Part shown: piece by piece, positions 61,708-64,000 of the stretch
Layout: the number at the start of each line of letters is the position of its first letter
Numbering within the stretch: the stretch's first letter is position 1
Notes under the pieces: generated by a model
Databases searched by the model: none
The model's input: the letters and a program-made list of their open reading frames with translations, nothing else
Told to the model about the DNA's origin: nothing
From: a virus
Lineage: Duplodnaviria; Caudoviricetes
Direction: 5' to 3' (one strand)
Virus record (IMG/VR): IMGVR_UViG_3300021255_002694
DNA: 64,000 nucleotides
Translations under genes and position numbers: made by a program

Positions 61708-61723
61708 TGTTCCATGTGGAACA
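61708..61723. promoter_or_regulatory. parS-like palindrome
   Basis: TGTTCCATGTGGAACA, one mismatch to the parS palindrome TGTTCCACGTGGAACA, extended by AAAA/TTTT. Confidence 0.6.
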
Positions 61724-61778
61724 TTTTACAGATTATATAAACAATAAATAATCAAAAATATAATACACAATTACTTTA

Positions 61779-61808
61779 TCCATAGTAGTCTGAAATGGCT
61801 ACTATGGA
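61779..61808 (+). promoter_or_regulatory. Hairpin upstream of 61844
   Basis: TCCATAGTAGTC / GGCTACTATGGA. Confidence 0.65.
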
Positions 61809-61843
61809 AGATTTTGAAATTTAAGTAGAAAGGTTGATATATT

Positions 61844-62161
61844 ATGGTAAAGAAAGTAAACAGAAATGAGTCTATTGGCTATAAACGCAGATCAAGAAGA
61901 ATGAATGAGAGTAATGGTACTATAAACGATCTTGAATTTTATATAGCACAAATTCATGATACCGCCGATGAAATAGCTAGATTATCAGATCATGCTACAG
62001 ATATTGTTAATAATTATCAAGAAATTGAAGATGATTCCAGAGAACTAAGAAGAACAGAAAACGATCTTTTAGGGTTTGTAAAAGAGTTACAAATGTGGAA
62101 AGAAGGATTTGCAAATTATATCGGTCAAATGGAAGAATTGGTTGACAACGTACTGCTGTAA
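61844..62161 (+). CDS. Coiled-coil protein with basic leader containing two xNES sites
   Basis: MVKKVNRNES…RRSRRMNES. Confidence 0.72.
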   Translation: MVKKVNRNESIGYKRRSRRMNESNGTINDLEFYIAQIHDTADEIARLSDHATDIVNNYQEIEDDSRELRRTENDLLGFVKELQMWKEGFANYIGQMEELVDNVLL

Positions 62162-62172
62162 AAATATAAAAC

Positions 62173-62218
62173 AAAAACCACCTAAGTATTAAGTTACTTA
62201 GGTGGTTTTTATTTTTTT
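62173..62218. terminator. Bidirectional terminator between convergent blocks
   Basis: AAAAACCACCTAAGTA / TACTTAGGTGGTTTTT with A and T tails. Confidence 0.9.
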
Positions 62219-62232
62219 AATATTTACTTTTA

Positions 62233-62460
62233 TCAATCATCGTCACAGGCATCCCATTGATCTCTCAGTTCTAGGATGTCATAATCGTCATCATCATCCT
62301 CATCATATTCATATCCGTCAGCTTCGATCTTTTCAATAAGTTTATCAAGATTCTCTTTAGAAGCGATATACTCATGTACTTCTTCTCCATCTTCATAAAG
62401 AGTAACTTCAAAAAGATCAGTGTCTCTTGTCATTGAAGAAACAGTATATACTTTTTCCAT
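62233..62460 (-). CDS. Acidic hypothetical protein
   Basis: SD AAAGGAG on the minus strand. Confidence 0.7.
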   Translation of the reverse strand: MEKVYTVSSMTRDTDLFEVTLYEDGEEVHEYIASKENLDKLIEKIEADGYEYDEDDDDDYDILELRDQWDACDDD

Positions 62461-62475
62461 TTAGCTAAACTCCTT

Positions 62476-62757
62476 TCACATGTTAAGCCATCTATCAGCT
62501 TCACTCTTAGACATTTCTTCATATTTATCGACAAGAGATTCAAGATCACGGATAGTATCTCTAAGTCTTAAACATTCATCTTTATAATGATCAGCACGAG
62601 AATGAGAATTATCAATCGTACCCATCATTCCAGTAAGAACACCTTTAAGACCATCTCTTGAAAGAACAATCTCAATCCCTCCGGCATTAAACACTCCGGA
62701 TTTAGTGAGAATTTCAATAAGGTCATGTTTAGAAATAGTGAGCATTTCATCTGCCAT
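62476..62757 (-). CDS. Hypothetical protein
   Basis: ORF with SD. Confidence 0.7.
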   Translation of the reverse strand: MADEMLTISKHDLIEILTKSGVFNAGGIEIVLSRDGLKGVLTGMMGTIDNSHSRADHYKDECLRLRDTIRDLESLVDKYEEMSKSEADRWLNM

Positions 62758-62759
62758 TT

Positions 62760-63086
62760 TTAATCACCTTCCTCACTGTTCGGATAAATGCACTCGACAG
62801 TACACTGATAAATGACTTCGGTGTCCCAGCTTGTAGCACGGAAACCGTTATCAATTTCCTTAAACTTAGGCGGTTCAGTATATCCGAGATCACGGTATAC
62901 TTCTTCGTACTCATTGACATACTTTTTGTATGCCTTAGATACAAACTCAGATGCTTTTGCAAGAGCCGCATCAAGGCTTACAAAATATCCGGAATCAGTA
63001 AGCATTCTTTTACACAAATGATTGTTCCAACTGTCAGTAAAATGTTCACTGATAATATAGATCGGATTATCTTTCATATATAACAC
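62760..63086 (-). CDS. Hypothetical protein (true start probably ~63077)
   Basis: SD GGAGG upstream. Confidence 0.7.
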   Translation of the reverse strand: MLYMKDNPIYIISEHFTDSWNNHLCKRMLTDSGYFVSLDAALAKASEFVSKAYKKYVNEYEEVYRDLGYTEPPKFKEIDNGFRATSWDTEVIYQCTVECIYPNSEEGD

Positions 63087-63097
63087 CTCCGGTGAAT

Positions 63098-63815
63098 TTA
63101 CATCTGTCTCAGATAGATGCTGTTAAATGCATCAAGTGCTTCTAAGGCATCACCAACGGTGACTTTAACATCACCATCAACAACAACCTTAAAGATTACC
63201 CTATTACTGAAAATGAAAACAACAGCAATCAGTCTCTTGTAGTGATCTGCCGTAATTTCTGCGGCAAGTTCAATTTCCTTTTTGATTCCAATATCTTCAA
63301 TCGTAATGTTATTCATAATAAATACCTCACTTTCAATTAAAATCAGAAATCAGTCTCTACCAGATCATCCATGAAAACAGTCTTACCATTCCAAGTAAAG
63401 AACGGTTTTCCATCATCATCAAACCGGATTGTTCTGTCACACCAACATGCACCGGACTTGATGCTGACAACACCATAGTCAGACAGCAGTGTGTAGAAAC
63501 ACTTGAATTCAGTTCCCTTTACATTAAACTTATAAAACTTAGTAGTAGACATAGTAAAACCTCACTTTCAACACAATATGCATTCAGACTATCACGATCA
63601 TATCCGATATCAAGTTATTTACTAACTATTACACGAATATCACCATTGGAATCTTTTACCGTACTTAAAACCTGACAGTTATCGAAAAGTCTGTTATAAT
63701 CGAAAAACTGCGGAACACACTTTTCTATAAAATCACAGTAATCGCCCTCAAAGCGGATCGAGATTTTTGTACCGTTCAATCTGTCAATAGTCCAAAGAAA
63801 ATCTCTGAATTTCAT
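63098..63815 (-). other. Three small minus-strand early-type genes (63098..63316, 63343..63552, 63615..63815)
   Basis: Each preceded by TGAAAGTGAGG, as in the + strand early cassettes. Confidence 0.72.
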
Positions 63816-64000
63816 ATGTATTACCTCACTTTCAATCAGTTATTCATTCATGCTATCATAGTCATATCCGATATTGGTTTCTTTTTCAAGAGTAACAGTC
63901 ATATTACCACTCGGATAACGCTCAACAGAAACTACCTCACATCCGTTGAAAATACGGTCAAGTTTGAAATAAAAAGCTGCTTGACGGGTAAAAACAAAAT

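Noticed and set aside
12221-63835. Recurrent TGAAAGTGAGG before early genes as a novel operator
   Set aside because: Always at SD distance from a start codon; explained as a variant of the extended Bacillota SD (GAAAGGAGG)
1-64000. Stop-codon reassignment, as in some jumbo gut phages
   Set aside because: Long genes are intact in code 11, and TAA, TGA and TAG all end genes directly before the next SD or start

Overview
AT-rich, gene-dense segment that reads as part of a large lytic (probably jumbo/T4-like) phage of a Bacillota host. That assignment is inferred from the Gram-positive-type SD sites, a parS-like palindrome and the gene families. Standard genetic code. From 1 to ~44.4 kb there are >100 short + strand accessory genes in cassettes driven by near-identical consensus sigma-A promoters (ten in the window; TTGACA-17-TGnTATACT), many directly behind an intrinsic terminator. 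Recognisable enzymes are NAD-dependent DNA ligase, guanylate kinase, CoaD+CoaE, a vWA/PurA-like module, a metallophosphoesterase, NADAR, a kinase-phosphatase-RNA-ligase repair enzyme, a GNAT, and YopX, Lar-like, Tad2-like and AP2 proteins. From ~44.5 to 61.6 kb are adhesin/tail-fibre-like genes; from 62.2 kb a convergent minus-strand gene block begins. Main observations: (1) about 14 mostly unrelated proteins share an N-terminal M-K-L-x-I-x-E-S leader resembling a capsid-targeting/prohead-protease signal, suggesting a dispersed set of packaged, injected effectors. Some sit behind long hairpins, one of which occludes the RBS, and some are paired with a promoter-proximal partner gene. (2) The 2223-aa fibre ends in a DGR-type variable region with cis hairpins and a 24-codon Avd stub, but there is no TR or RT in the window (orphan or remote DGR target). 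(3) The same fibre is built from recursively nested (Russian-doll) modules. (4) Three genes look like catalytically dead homologs: prohead protease, PD-(D/E)xK nuclease and DenV-like glycosylase. All family assignments come from motif recognition by eye; no searches were run.
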